A stretch of 35,018 nucleotides of DNA from a virus (lineage: Duplodnaviria; Caudoviricetes): IMG/VR virus record IMGVR_UViG_3300017774_002064, positions 1 to 35,018 of that record; one strand, given 5' to 3'. Each line of letters begins with the position of its first letter. Position 1 is the stretch's first letter. The notes beneath the pieces are model-generated. The model was not told the origin of the DNA and did not search any database. It saw nothing but the letters and a program-made list of their open reading frames with translations. Positions 1 to 9,000 of this stretch are shown piece after piece. The position numbers and the translations under genes were made by a program.

Positions 1-1
1 A

Positions 2-454
2 TTAGACAATCAACCACCAGCAGCAAACTTTGCAACAATTGACACACGCAATTCCATAATGGTGCTTGACTTTGATGCAGCAACAGACGAAAGCGCAGTA
101 TTTGTTGGAGTAATACCAGAAGCCGCATCTCTTGGAAGTGGTTTAAAGATTCGTATTAATTGGATGGCAACTTCTGCAACATCGGGAACCTGTCGATGGG
201 GCGTACAGATAGAAAGAATGAATACGGACGAAGACTCCGATTCATTTGATACTGCTGCAACTGCTGGAAGCACAACAAACGGTACATCAGGAATTATTAC
301 TACCACAGAAATTACTATAACTACCATAGATTCAGTTGCAGCGGGAGATCCTTTCCGTCTTAAAGTATTTCGTGATGCAGACGGAACATCAGGAACAGAT
401 GACATGACAGGTGATGCTGAACTTGTTTCAGTAGAAGTGCGGAGTGCATCGTAA
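2..454 (+). CDS. 5'-truncated hypothetical virion/tail-associated protein (Thr/Ser-rich beta-sandwich-like C-terminus)
   Basis: The frame is open from base 2 (LDNQPPAANFATIDTRNSIMVLDFDAATDESAVF...) to TAA at 452-454, whose last A is the first base of the next ATG. The AT-rich composition matches its two neighbours. Confidence 0.6.
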   Translation, partial: LDNQPPAANFATIDTRNSIMVLDFDAATDESAVFVGVIPEAASLGSGLKIRINWMATSATSGTCRWGVQIERMNTDEDSDSFDTAATAGSTTNGTSGIITTTEITITTIDSVAAGDPFRLKVFRDADGTSGTDDMTGDAELVSVEVRSAS

Positions 455-1101
455 TGGCATATAATTTTAGAAATATAACTGGTACTATTTCTTTTAGTAA
501 GATTACAGCAGTTGGATCTTTTTTTAGTTATCCTCTTACAATAAACTGTTGGTTTCATCCAACACACAGCGGATCTGGGGCTGGTCAACTTGTTCAGTTG
601 GTTGAAAATACTGCGACAGATTCTCATCAATTAAGAATAAATTACAGTACAAATACGGTTCAATACAATACTGGTACTCCATTATCTGCGAGTTCTTCAG
701 CAAGTTACACTACGAATACATGGAATATGGCAACAGCAGTAGGAACTTCTGCTACAAGCAGAACCGTATATCTAAATGCAGCAAATTCGGGAACACAAAC
801 AACAAGTAGAACAATAACAACACCAGATCGTGTTTGTATTGGATTTTTACGATCTAATGGTAGTGATACACCCAATATGGAGGGATATATAGCAGAAGTT
901 GCAATTTGGAATGCCACATTGACAACTGATGAATTGACATCTCTTTACAAGGGAACAAAAGCCGATCAAATTAGACCACAGAATTTAAAATTCTATATGC
1001 CACTTGTACGAAACATTTATAATGAAACTGCTAGTACAACTTCAATAACTTATGAATTTGATCCAAATCCAGAAGTAAATCATGTCAGGAGATACGGATG
1101 A
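454..1101 (+). CDS. LamG/concanavalin-A-like lectin domain protein (likely tail/receptor-binding)
   Basis: LamG-like motifs 'PLTINCWF', 'NTWNMATAV', 'RTVYLNA', 'MEGYIAEVAIWNATLTTDELTSLY'. Coupled to both neighbours (TAATG and ATGA overlaps). Confidence 0.75.
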   Translation: MAYNFRNITGTISFSKITAVGSFFSYPLTINCWFHPTHSGSGAGQLVQLVENTATDSHQLRINYSTNTVQYNTGTPLSASSSASYTTNTWNMATAVGTSATSRTVYLNAANSGTQTTSRTITTPDRVCIGFLRSNGSDTPNMEGYIAEVAIWNATLTTDELTSLYKGTKADQIRPQNLKFYMPLVRNIYNETASTTSITYEFDPNPEVNHVRRYG

Positions 1102-1565
1102 GTACTTACGCATACATTCATGAAAATCAAATAATAGAGTTCAAAGAATTATCAGATGAACTGTATGCTTCTTGGGTAGAAGCAAATAATCCAAAAAAGA
1201 ACTGTTACAGATTGGTTGTTTATGAACAACAACCAAGTGTTTCTGCCACAGAGGCAGCAGAATCATCTTTTACCATAAACCAAACCACAGTAAATCAGGT
1301 ATGGACTATACGAAACAAGACGGCAGATGAGTTGCGAATTACTTGGACTGCATATCAATTCTTGAATCGCTTTACATACGCAGAACGAGCAGCATATAGA
1401 GTTGCAGCAAAAACAGATGATATTGTGGCTGATTTTATGGGGCTTGCACAAGCAGCACAAGAAGTACTCTCTGATGATCCAATTACAATTCAAGGTATGG
1501 ATTATTTGGTTTCAATTGGTGTGCTAACACAACAAAGAAGAAATGAAATATTGTCTAATTCTTGA
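1098..1565 (+). CDS. hypothetical protein, possible tail-fibre assembly/chaperone-like
   Basis: 155-aa ORF with ATGA overlap. The C-terminal 'T.YQFLNRFT..ER.A...GMDYLVSIGVLT..RRNEIL' pattern is typical of small genes that follow fibre genes (inference). Confidence 0.55.
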   Translation: MSTYAYIHENQIIEFKELSDELYASWVEANNPKKNCYRLVVYEQQPSVSATEAAESSFTINQTTVNQVWTIRNKTADELRITWTAYQFLNRFTYAERAAYRVAAKTDDIVADFMGLAQAAQEVLSDDPITIQGMDYLVSIGVLTQQRRNEILSNS

Positions 1566-1627
1566 CTAGGTTGTGGTCTTCACTACTTTGCACTATTCAT
1601 AAAACCAAATACTGTTCGCAATACTTT

Positions 1628-1649
1628 AGAGGGGCGAAAGCCCCTCTTT
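1628..1649 (+). terminator. intrinsic terminator hairpin
   Basis: AGAGGGGC-GAAA-GCCCCTCT with a short T run, between the AT-rich cluster and nrdJ. Confidence 0.75.
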
Positions 1650-1664
1650 GTGTTATGCTGCACT

Positions 1665-1671
1665 CTACATA
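1665..1671 (+). promoter_or_regulatory. possible late-promoter variant (CTACATA) upstream of nrdJ
   Basis: One mismatch to the recurrent CTAAATA motif; lies between the terminator and the AAGGAG RBS. Confidence 0.35.
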
Positions 1672-1698
1672 CTCTACCTAATAACCAAGGAGTTACAC

Positions 1699-3618
1699 AT
1701 GAAGCGACTGCCCACTCTCTACCAAGAGTTTATTCACTTGTCCCGTTACTCGCGCTGGCTTGATTCTGAAATGCGGCGCGAGACTTGGGAGGAAACGGTT
1801 GACCGTTACTTCCGCTTTTTTGACGAGCATTTTGCCGACAAGGGCGTGAAGATAAATAAAGCAGTCCGCGAAGAACTCCGTGAAGCCGTCCTGAACCTTG
1901 AAGTCATGCCGTCCATGCGCTCACTAATGACCGCAGGAGAAGCACTCAAGCGGGACAACACAGCAGGCTACAACTGCTCCTATGTCGCGGTCAACAAGGT
2001 TCGCGCATTTGATGAGATCCTGTATGTTCTCATGTGCGGAACGGGTGTAGGCTTTAGCGTGGAGAGGCAGTATGTTGAAAAACTTCCTACAATTGCTGAA
2101 GAGTTTACACAGAGCGATACGCTCATTGTGGTCAAGGACTCCAAGGAAGGTTGGGCAAAAGCCTACCGAGAACTGGTATCCCTACTTATTGGAGGTCAAA
2201 TCCCCCGATGGGATTTGTCTCACATTCGTCCTCTTGGTGCGCGCCTCAAGACTTTCGGTGGACGCGCAAGTGGACCGCAGCCACTGGAAGACCTGTTCCG
2301 ATTTACCGTCAGTACTTTTAAGAAGAGTGCTGGTCGCAAACTCACCTCTATTGAATGCCACGACATTATCTGTAAGATTGCAGAAATTGTCGTTGTCGGA
2401 GGAGTGCGTAGATCGGCTCTTATCTCGCTTTCCAATCTCACGGACGAGCGGATGCGTGATGCTAAGGTGGGGCAGTGGTGGGTGGAAAATCCACAACGCG
2501 CACTAGCCAACAACTCGGTTGCCTTCAAGGAGAAGCCTGAGATCGGCACATTCATGGAGGAGTGGGTGTCGCTGTACAAGTCCAAGAGCGGTGAGCGTGG
2601 ACTGTTCAACCGCGAAGCGTGTCGTAAGACCGTGGAGAAACTGGGCGACCGCCGTGACGCTTCTTATGAGTTCGGCACGAACCCCTGCTCCGAGATCATT
2701 CTGCGCGACAAGGAGTTCTGCAATCTGAGCGAAGTCATTGTTCGCGCAGACGACACTCCTGATACCCTGAAGCGCAAGGTGCGGCTTGCATCCATTCTTG
2801 GCACTTGGCAGGCTTCGCTGACAAACTTCCCGTATCTCAGCAGTGAGTGGCGCAAGAACTGCGAAGAAGAGTGCTTGCTTGGTGTGTCGCTCACAGGCAT
2901 TCTTGACAACCACTTCATGCGGACACAGGGCGACAATCTGAATGTGCTGCTTGAACTGCTCAAGGCGGATGCCGTAGCCACGAACAAGGAGTGGGCTAAA
3001 AAGATCGGCATCAATCCCGCAGCGGCTATTACTTGCGTGAAGCCAAGCGGCACGGTGTCTCAGTTGACAGACGCTGCTTCAGGCATTCACGCTCGTCACA
3101 ACGAGTACTACATCCGCACTGTTCGTGCCGACCGCAAAGACCCCATGTGTCAGTTTATGATTGACAAGGGCTTCCCTGCGGAACCGTGTGTCATGCGCCC
3201 CGACCACACAATGGTGTTCTCGTTCCCGCAGAAGGCTGTGGGATCGGTGACGCGCAACGACATGACAGCCATTGAACACCTTGAACTATGGCTCACCTAT
3301 CAGCGGCACTGGTGCGAACACAAGCCGTCCATTACTGTTACCGTGAAGGAGCATGAGTGGATGGAAGTAGGTGCGTGGGTGTACGCGCATTTTGACGAGA
3401 TCAGCGGCATTTCGTTCCTGCCCCATTCCGACCACACCTATCAACAGGCTCCGTATCAGGACTGCACAGCGGAGCAGTACGAGGCTGCTGCTGCGGCACT
3501 GCCCAAGAGCATTGAGTGGAGCGAACTCACCCAATACGAGAAGACTGACAGCACGAAGGGCACACAGACCTTTGCGTGTTCAGGCGACAAGTGCGAAGTG
3601 GTTGACCTGACTACATAA
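1699..3618 (+). CDS. nrdJ: class II adenosylcobalamin-dependent ribonucleotide reductase (monomeric RTPR type)
   Basis: Motifs 'YNCSY', 'GTGVGFSVE', 'VVVGGVRRSALI', catalytic 'TNPCSEI', 'TCVKPSGTVS', 'HWCEHKPSITV' and C-terminal 'CSGDKC'. Start moved to ATG 1699 behind AAGGAG (639 aa). No nrdB nearby. Confidence 0.93.
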   Translation: MKRLPTLYQEFIHLSRYSRWLDSEMRRETWEETVDRYFRFFDEHFADKGVKINKAVREELREAVLNLEVMPSMRSLMTAGEALKRDNTAGYNCSYVAVNKVRAFDEILYVLMCGTGVGFSVERQYVEKLPTIAEEFTQSDTLIVVKDSKEGWAKAYRELVSLLIGGQIPRWDLSHIRPLGARLKTFGGRASGPQPLEDLFRFTVSTFKKSAGRKLTSIECHDIICKIAEIVVVGGVRRSALISLSNLTDERMRDAKVGQWWVENPQRALANNSVAFKEKPEIGTFMEEWVSLYKSKSGERGLFNREACRKTVEKLGDRRDASYEFGTNPCSEIILRDKEFCNLSEVIVRADDTPDTLKRKVRLASILGTWQASLTNFPYLSSEWRKNCEEECLLGVSLTGILDNHFMRTQGDNLNVLLELLKADAVATNKEWAKKIGINPAAAITCVKPSGTVSQLTDAASGIHARHNEYYIRTVRADRKDPMCQFMIDKGFPAEPCVMRPDHTMVFSFPQKAVGSVTRNDMTAIEHLELWLTYQRHWCEHKPSITVTVKEHEWMEVGAWVYAHFDEISGISFLPHSDHTYQQAPYQDCTAEQYEAAAAALPKSIEWSELTQYEKTDSTKGTQTFACSGDKCEVVDLTT

Positions 3619-3652
3619 AAACAACCCAACGGAAGATCGCATCTCCCGTCCG

Positions 3653-3682
3653 ACAACCCCCGCAAGGGGGTTGTTTCTTTTT
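3653..3682 (+). terminator. intrinsic terminator
   Basis: ACAACCCCC-GCAA-GGGGGTTGT followed by TTCTTTTT, just after the nrdJ stop. Confidence 0.9.
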
Positions 3683-3715
3683 GCAAATCCAGACATTTTT
3701 GCACCGCCAAGTCCT

Positions 3716-3722
3716 CTAAATA
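3716..3722 (+). promoter_or_regulatory. T4-type late promoter (CTAAATA)
   Basis: Close match to the T4 late -10 element TATAAATA; 5 nt upstream of ATG 3728. Confidence 0.7.
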
Positions 3723-3727
3723 TTTAC

Positions 3728-4498
3728 ATGAAGAGAGAAGCGGTACATTCTCTTCTGCTGGCTCTTGCACTCGTCTTGCTGCAAGCCTGTGCGACAGATA
3801 TCACTGCCAACGCGCCGAAGAGCGCACCCCCGCCGAAGTGCGGGGAGACTGAACCAATGCGAGAAGCCCCCGTGGAGATGCAGTTCTTCATGCGGGGCTT
3901 CTCGCTATTGGACGGGTACACTGATCCTGCGATTGGATATTTGGAACGAGAAGACGGGGAGATGATCGGCAGCGCAATACTGATCTCTCCCACCGCCATA
4001 CTCACCGCAGGGCATTGCATTGATGGCACGGGAGCAGCGTGGTTCGTGACACAGGAATCGTGCTACCGAATCAAAAAATCCATCCTGCATCCATATTACA
4101 AAACAGGAGACACCATCTTGGTGGACTTGGCGGTGGCGATCTTGGAAACGCCCTGCGCTGCCCCGCCGCTGCATCTGGTGAGCGCGGAGTACGAGTACCA
4201 CCGCTATCAGCCACTCACGGTGATCGGCTACGGAGGCGGCTACAAACGCCGTTCTGACCCCGACCTGTTCCACTATTTCGGAACACTCGTAGAGGATCCC
4301 ACCGTGTTCAAGTTCCTGCCATTGGACGGCACGGTGTGGTTTGGTGACTCTGGCGGTGCGGTGTTGGATGCTGGCGGAAATGTCGTAGGAGTGGTGTCGT
4401 CTTTCGGACTGTTCAACGGACACCTGTACGAGAACTCCGCTGTGCGAGTGCAGTTGTTCCAAAAATGGATAGAGGAGACAATATGCAGTACGAACTGA
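3728..4498 (+). CDS. trypsin-like (S1) serine protease with lipoprotein-type signal peptide
   Basis: Catalytic triad motifs 'LTAGHC', 'DLAVA', 'FGDSGG'. From ATG 3728 the N-terminus is MKREAVHSLLLALALVLLQAC (basic, hydrophobic, then Cys). Confidence 0.85.
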   Translation: MKREAVHSLLLALALVLLQACATDITANAPKSAPPPKCGETEPMREAPVEMQFFMRGFSLLDGYTDPAIGYLEREDGEMIGSAILISPTAILTAGHCIDGTGAAWFVTQESCYRIKKSILHPYYKTGDTILVDLAVAILETPCAAPPLHLVSAEYEYHRYQPLTVIGYGGGYKRRSDPDLFHYFGTLVEDPTVFKFLPLDGTVWFGDSGGAVLDAGGNVVGVVSSFGLFNGHLYENSAVRVQLFQKWIEETICSTN

Positions 4499-4576
4499 AC
4501 CGCACACAACGCATTCTGCTTGGAGCGATTTCCTTCTGCATCGGCATTCTTCTTGCGAGGGCTGTCGGCTTTTGAC

Positions 4577-4583
4577 CTAAATA
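4577..4583 (+). promoter_or_regulatory. T4-type late promoter (CTAAATA)
   Basis: Same motif, 5 nt upstream of ATG 4589. Confidence 0.7.
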
Positions 4584-4588
4584 CTGTT

Positions 4589-5170
4589 ATGGTGATAGCA
4601 GGAATTGATTATTCTCTCTGTGGTCCAGCCGTGTGCCTGTTCCGCGCAAACTCCACGGGCAAGTTCTCGTATGGTGGTTGCTCGTTCTACTTTCTCACCG
4701 ACAACAAGCGGCAGAGCGAGATCCGCACCATGAATATTTTCGGTGAGCGGTTGAGCGATTGGGACAGTGATCAGCACCGCTACGAAACGATTGCGGATTG
4801 GGCAATGGACATCGTGATGGGCTGCACCCATGTGGCACTTGAGGGATACGCCTACTCTGCCAGCGGCAAGGTGTTTCATATCGCGGAGAACACAGGTATC
4901 CTGAAGTACAAACTGTATCAGTTGAGTATTCCTGTCACGATCATCCCGCCAACCGAAGTGAAGAAGTACGCCACAGGCAAGGGCAACGCAGACAAGAACG
5001 CCATGTACGATTCGTGGCTGAAGGAAACAGGAGTGGACCTGAAAGGACTCTTGACACCGAAGCGTCAAGAGTCCGTGAGTCCTGTTTCAGATATTGTTGA
5101 CTCGTACTACATCTGCAAGAAGATGTACGAGAGCCTGCCAGAGGATGTCCGCGTAGCGGACGATGATTGA
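4589..5170 (+). CDS. ruvC: RuvC-like (RNase H fold) Holliday junction resolvase
   Basis: 'IAGIDYS' (first Asp), 'VALEGYAY' (Glu), 'PPTEVKKYATGKGNADK', 'DIVDSY'. Start moved to ATG 4589 so that the GID motif sits at the N-terminus. Confidence 0.8.
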   Translation: MVIAGIDYSLCGPAVCLFRANSTGKFSYGGCSFYFLTDNKRQSEIRTMNIFGERLSDWDSDQHRYETIADWAMDIVMGCTHVALEGYAYSASGKVFHIAENTGILKYKLYQLSIPVTIIPPTEVKKYATGKGNADKNAMYDSWLKETGVDLKGLLTPKRQESVSPVSDIVDSYYICKKMYESLPEDVRVADDD

Positions 5171-5410
5171 TTACTGATCGCGCTTGCGACCGAAGAATTC
5201 TCTGTAGCCCCATCCAACCACCAGAGCAACCACAGGCAGATACCACAGTATCCACCCCCAGTTGCTGGTGATCTGCGTTCCGTTCAGTATCTGATGCTTC
5301 AGTTTCATTATGATCGGGCTGTCCGATGTAGTGTCGGGAACGATCACAGGAGCAGTATTGCACCCTGCGACCATCAGTGCAGCCATCAGAAGAAATGCTC
5401 GGTTGATCAT
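5171..5410 (-). CDS. small lipoprotein with C-terminal transmembrane helix (u-spanin-like topology)
   Basis: MINRAFLLMAALMVAG-C lipobox, C-terminal hydrophobic 'WGWILWYLPVVALVVGWGY' and basic tail; AGGAG RBS. Confidence 0.55.
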   Translation of the reverse strand: MINRAFLLMAALMVAGCNTAPVIVPDTTSDSPIIMKLKHQILNGTQITSNWGWILWYLPVVALVVGWGYREFFGRKRDQ

Positions 5411-5420
5411 GGCTTACTCC

Positions 5421-5858
5421 TTATGACTTGTTGGAAGCAGCGGCACTACCAAAGTAGAAGCCAACGATGCTCACCAGAATCTGTCGGGTTTCGGACGCAA
5501 ACAGGAAGCCGTTGATCTCAACGAAATACTTCTTGGTGGACTGCGGAATCAATCCAAACAATCCTTCAGGAGTGGTGGCATCCACCTCCACGAAGGTTGG
5601 CAGACCGAAGAACGGCAGGATGAAAGGTGCAAGCAGAGTGGCAAACAGCACTGCCAACACGATGATTTGACGGATTCCCTTGCCTACATCAAGCGGAACG
5701 CGCTGCGCTGCCTTGTCTTGGTTCTCCGTGGTCTGCTTGTTCGCAGCAATGAGCCGCTCAAAGATTTCTTTTTGATCTTGGCTCTTCTGCGCCATGTAGC
5801 GGAACAGGAAACCAGTGGCAGCACCACCAACCAATGAAATGAGTTCAGGACTAATCAT
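5421..5858 (-). CDS. membrane protein, possible holin
   Basis: Hydrophobic segments at the N-terminus, 'IIVLAVLFATLLAPFILPFFG' and 'ILVSIVGFYFGS'. A 'GFYFGS' ending is common in phage holin-like proteins. Confidence 0.5.
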   Translation of the reverse strand: MISPELISLVGGAATGFLFRYMAQKSQDQKEIFERLIAANKQTTENQDKAAQRVPLDVGKGIRQIIVLAVLFATLLAPFILPFFGLPTFVEVDATTPEGLFGLIPQSTKKYFVEINGFLFASETRQILVSIVGFYFGSAAASNKS

Positions 5859-5892
5859 GTAGTCACTTCCTTTCTATGAGCGGCTTACCCTT

Positions 5893-5899
5893 TATTTAG
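5893..5899 (-). promoter_or_regulatory. T4-type late promoter (CTAAATAAAGGG context)
   Basis: TATTTAG on the + strand, overlapping the upstream stop codon; the 12-mer is identical to the one at 15462-15473. Confidence 0.65.
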
Positions 5900-6069
5900 G
5901 TCTTGGGGGCTTTCCGTCTTCCTATTTTTGATTTTCTGCGCTGCGGTACAGGCGGAAGATCGGGTGGCAGTCCCGCTATCTTGGTGCCGTCTGCCACATT
6001 GTTTGGTGGCTGTGTGACGATTGGCGGGGGGAACTCTTCAAGGAATTGCGTGAATTTTTTGATTCTCAT
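5896..6069 (-). CDS. 57-aa basic protein with capsid-targeting-like leader (absent from ORF track)
   Basis: Manual translation: MRIKKFTQFLEEFPPPIVTQPPNNVADGTKIAGLPPDLPPVPQRRKSKIGRRKAPKT*. The ATG lies 1 nt after the stop of the 2002-aa gene, with GAGGT upstream. Confidence 0.7.
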   Translation of the reverse strand: MRIKKFTQFLEEFPPPIVTQPPNNVADGTKIAGLPPDLPPVPQRRKSKIGRRKAPKT

Positions 6070-6070
6070 G

Positions 6071-9000
6071 TTAGTTTACCTCGTTGGTGCCGCCAAGAGA
6101 CAGACCCAGTGCTGCTCCAATGGTGTTTCGGCTGTAGTAGTCAAACGGATATGTGGCTCCTGCCCACCCCTGTGCCGTTGCAAACGCTGGTGCGGCGGTT
6201 GCGCTGAATGTGGACAACATGGTGATGAAATCATTGAAATTTGAGGTCATTACATTGTTCTGCCAGAACTGCTTACCATTCGCCGTCCAGAACTTTGTTT
6301 GGTGGTCAGTTGCGTATGTTCGCGGGTTGGCATCAAAAGACGCTCCATTAAACACATCGCTATTTTTCCATACTGGCCAGGCAGTGGGGTGAATGTCGCT
6401 ATACCGTGCGTATTTTGTCTCATTCGTACCCTGCGCCTCAACCAGTCTTTCCCCATCCTTCTTGAATTCGCTCAGAGCGAAACCAATAGAGTTGAAGTTT
6501 GCAAAGCACACGCCCTTCATTGCGGTGTTTCCGTTCTTCAGGTTCGTGTACTGCCTGTAGTGGTCGGACAGCGCATACAGATGGGCTACAGCCGCGATGG
6601 GCGTGTACTGCGTTCTGTCTCCGTCTGTGGTGAATCCGCCAGCACCAAGCGATGCATCACCTCTCCAGAAGTTGAGGAAACTGTTTCCCCGTGCTATGGT
6701 GTGATATATTCCGAAAGGATCGCTGCTTGCTCCCCGCACCACGATGTCCGACAGACGGAATCCCTGTGGATTCATGCGGTGCAGATGGCGGATCTCTGAC
6801 CGTTTGATGGATTCAGAATAGTTCTGCGGATTTGTTGATCCCCAGAACCACGGCTCGTCCGATGTGACGAATTCGCCCTGCCAACCAGTGGAAGCCGTTA
6901 CACCAACCGCACCAGATATTCCAGTCGCGGTGGGGGAGATCAAAACTTGATTCATTCGGTTGAATGGTCTTGATTCTATGAAGACGGGTATTCCTGCCGC
7001 CTCTAGTTTCCGTTTCACATACCAGTCGCTCAACTCCAATGCATCAGTCAGATAGGCACCAGAGAAAGAAGCAGATGGTGCCGTTGAATCACCAACGGTG
7101 CGATACAGGTAAACACTTTCGGGAGTAGCGGTTGAACGAGCCACATCAAGGTTCACCGACAGTTTTCCGTTTCCTGTAGGACTAGACGGCTTCATGCTCT
7201 TGATTACATCAACCATAGAATCAAGTTTCGCGTAGAAAGCAGCGTCCTTTTGTGCAGTGGTTCCAGGCAGACTCCTCCATATCGCACAAGAGTGACGGCG
7301 ATAGTTTGACCATCCCATCAAGCCAGGAAGGTACAGATACACATTGCACGGCTCAGTGATAGGAGTCCTCTGCGTGTTGGGAGGAACCATTGTTCCCGTG
7401 AGCAGGGCGTTTATAGCCTGCGGGAATCCCTTCCAACGCGCTGGCTGTTGGTGCGTCAATCCTGCGGGAGACGGCAGCGTGTACCCGTCCTTGAACTGCT
7501 GATACAGGAGGAAGTTTCCTCCTGCCGATGCTCCGTAAGTGGACGCATACACATCCCGTGCGTAGCCACCATAAGGCAGATACAGGTGAAAACTTCTTGC
7601 TCCCCACTTGTACGCATCAATCACCTGTTCATACACAAGATTGTGCCACGGCGTGTTGTTCAGGTCAGTTGGGTTGGCATTCCACGGATACGCACGAAGT
7701 TCGGATGCCGACAGCGGATCTCCTTGGAAGCAAGCCACGCTTGTTTCCGTCCAGTTTGCCCATGTCACACCCGCAATATCGTTTGCATAACCTCCCTCAT
7801 TGTAGAAGAATATGATGGGATAGTACTGATCCTTTGCAAGTGCAATGGAATCAAGGGCATCGGGAGATGCAGGAGCAATGGTGTACTCTGGCTTCACCGA
7901 GGACTTCGTGATGAGCCACACACCACGGGTTCCGTGAGGATAGTCTGCGGCTGTTCCACCAGGTATCGTGAGTGTGGCAGGCAGATCAGCGCGAGTGTTC
8001 TGTGTGAGCGTGACTGCCTCGTGGAGCGGTCCAGGTCTAGCAGTGAGTCTCCACAGGTATCTTCCACCATTTGATCCACTCTGAATTCTTCCTCCAGACA
8101 CGATCACATCTGCATTGAGCGGATCGTAATCCATGACAGCGGGTTCACCTATTTTGCTGTTTCCGCTGATCTTGCGGCAGTTGTTCAGTACTTTCTGAAC
8201 ATAGACAAGTCCGTGATCCACGCGGTCGCCTACGACAACCTCTGCACCACCAGACCAGAACATGAAATACTTTGCGCCAGCCAAGTACAGGTGATACATG
8301 AGTTCCCACCACCAACGGCTGTCGGGTCGGCTTGTTCCGTATAGGTCTGTCGGTCCGCTGTTCCACGGCGTGAAGTGCTTCCAAAGATCAGGATCAGTTC
8401 TCTGCATGGCGCGGAGGTGTCGCATCCGCTGCAAGAAGCCAACGAATGCCGAGTTGCTGTACGCGGTTTCATACAACAGGGTGTCGCCTGTGGTTCCCGT
8501 GAAACCTATTGCGGTATTGAACTGAAGAGTCACGCCACCGCCGACCCCAAGGTTTCCACCAGTCACATAGTTGAACACCGTGGTGCTGTAGTTTCCGAAC
8601 CGCACGATGTCGCCAGGAATAAATGTGTTTCCTGAACTTACACGAACAGCGGTTGCGCCCGCAGAGAACGATCCGTATACGGTTATTCCCTTGACGAAGG
8701 CAGGATCTCCTGCGGTGATTCCGAACCAAGACGAGTTGCGAATGCCACCAAGATAGTCCGCAGCAGATGCAAAGCGTTGTCCGCTTCTGTGGTAGAATCT
8801 GATGGCTCCGTTTCTTGGCAAGTGTCCGTATCCGCTTGTGTGGTCATCGTGAGAGAAAACATTCTCTCCCATCCGCCTTCGTGATCCGCGAGTGTTGGGA
8901 ATACCGTTGAACAGGTATTTCTTTCCGAAGTTATTGACTGGATTCGGGAAATAGCAAGCAGCGGCTGCGAGATTTGATGAAGATGTGGTCGCACCAGACT

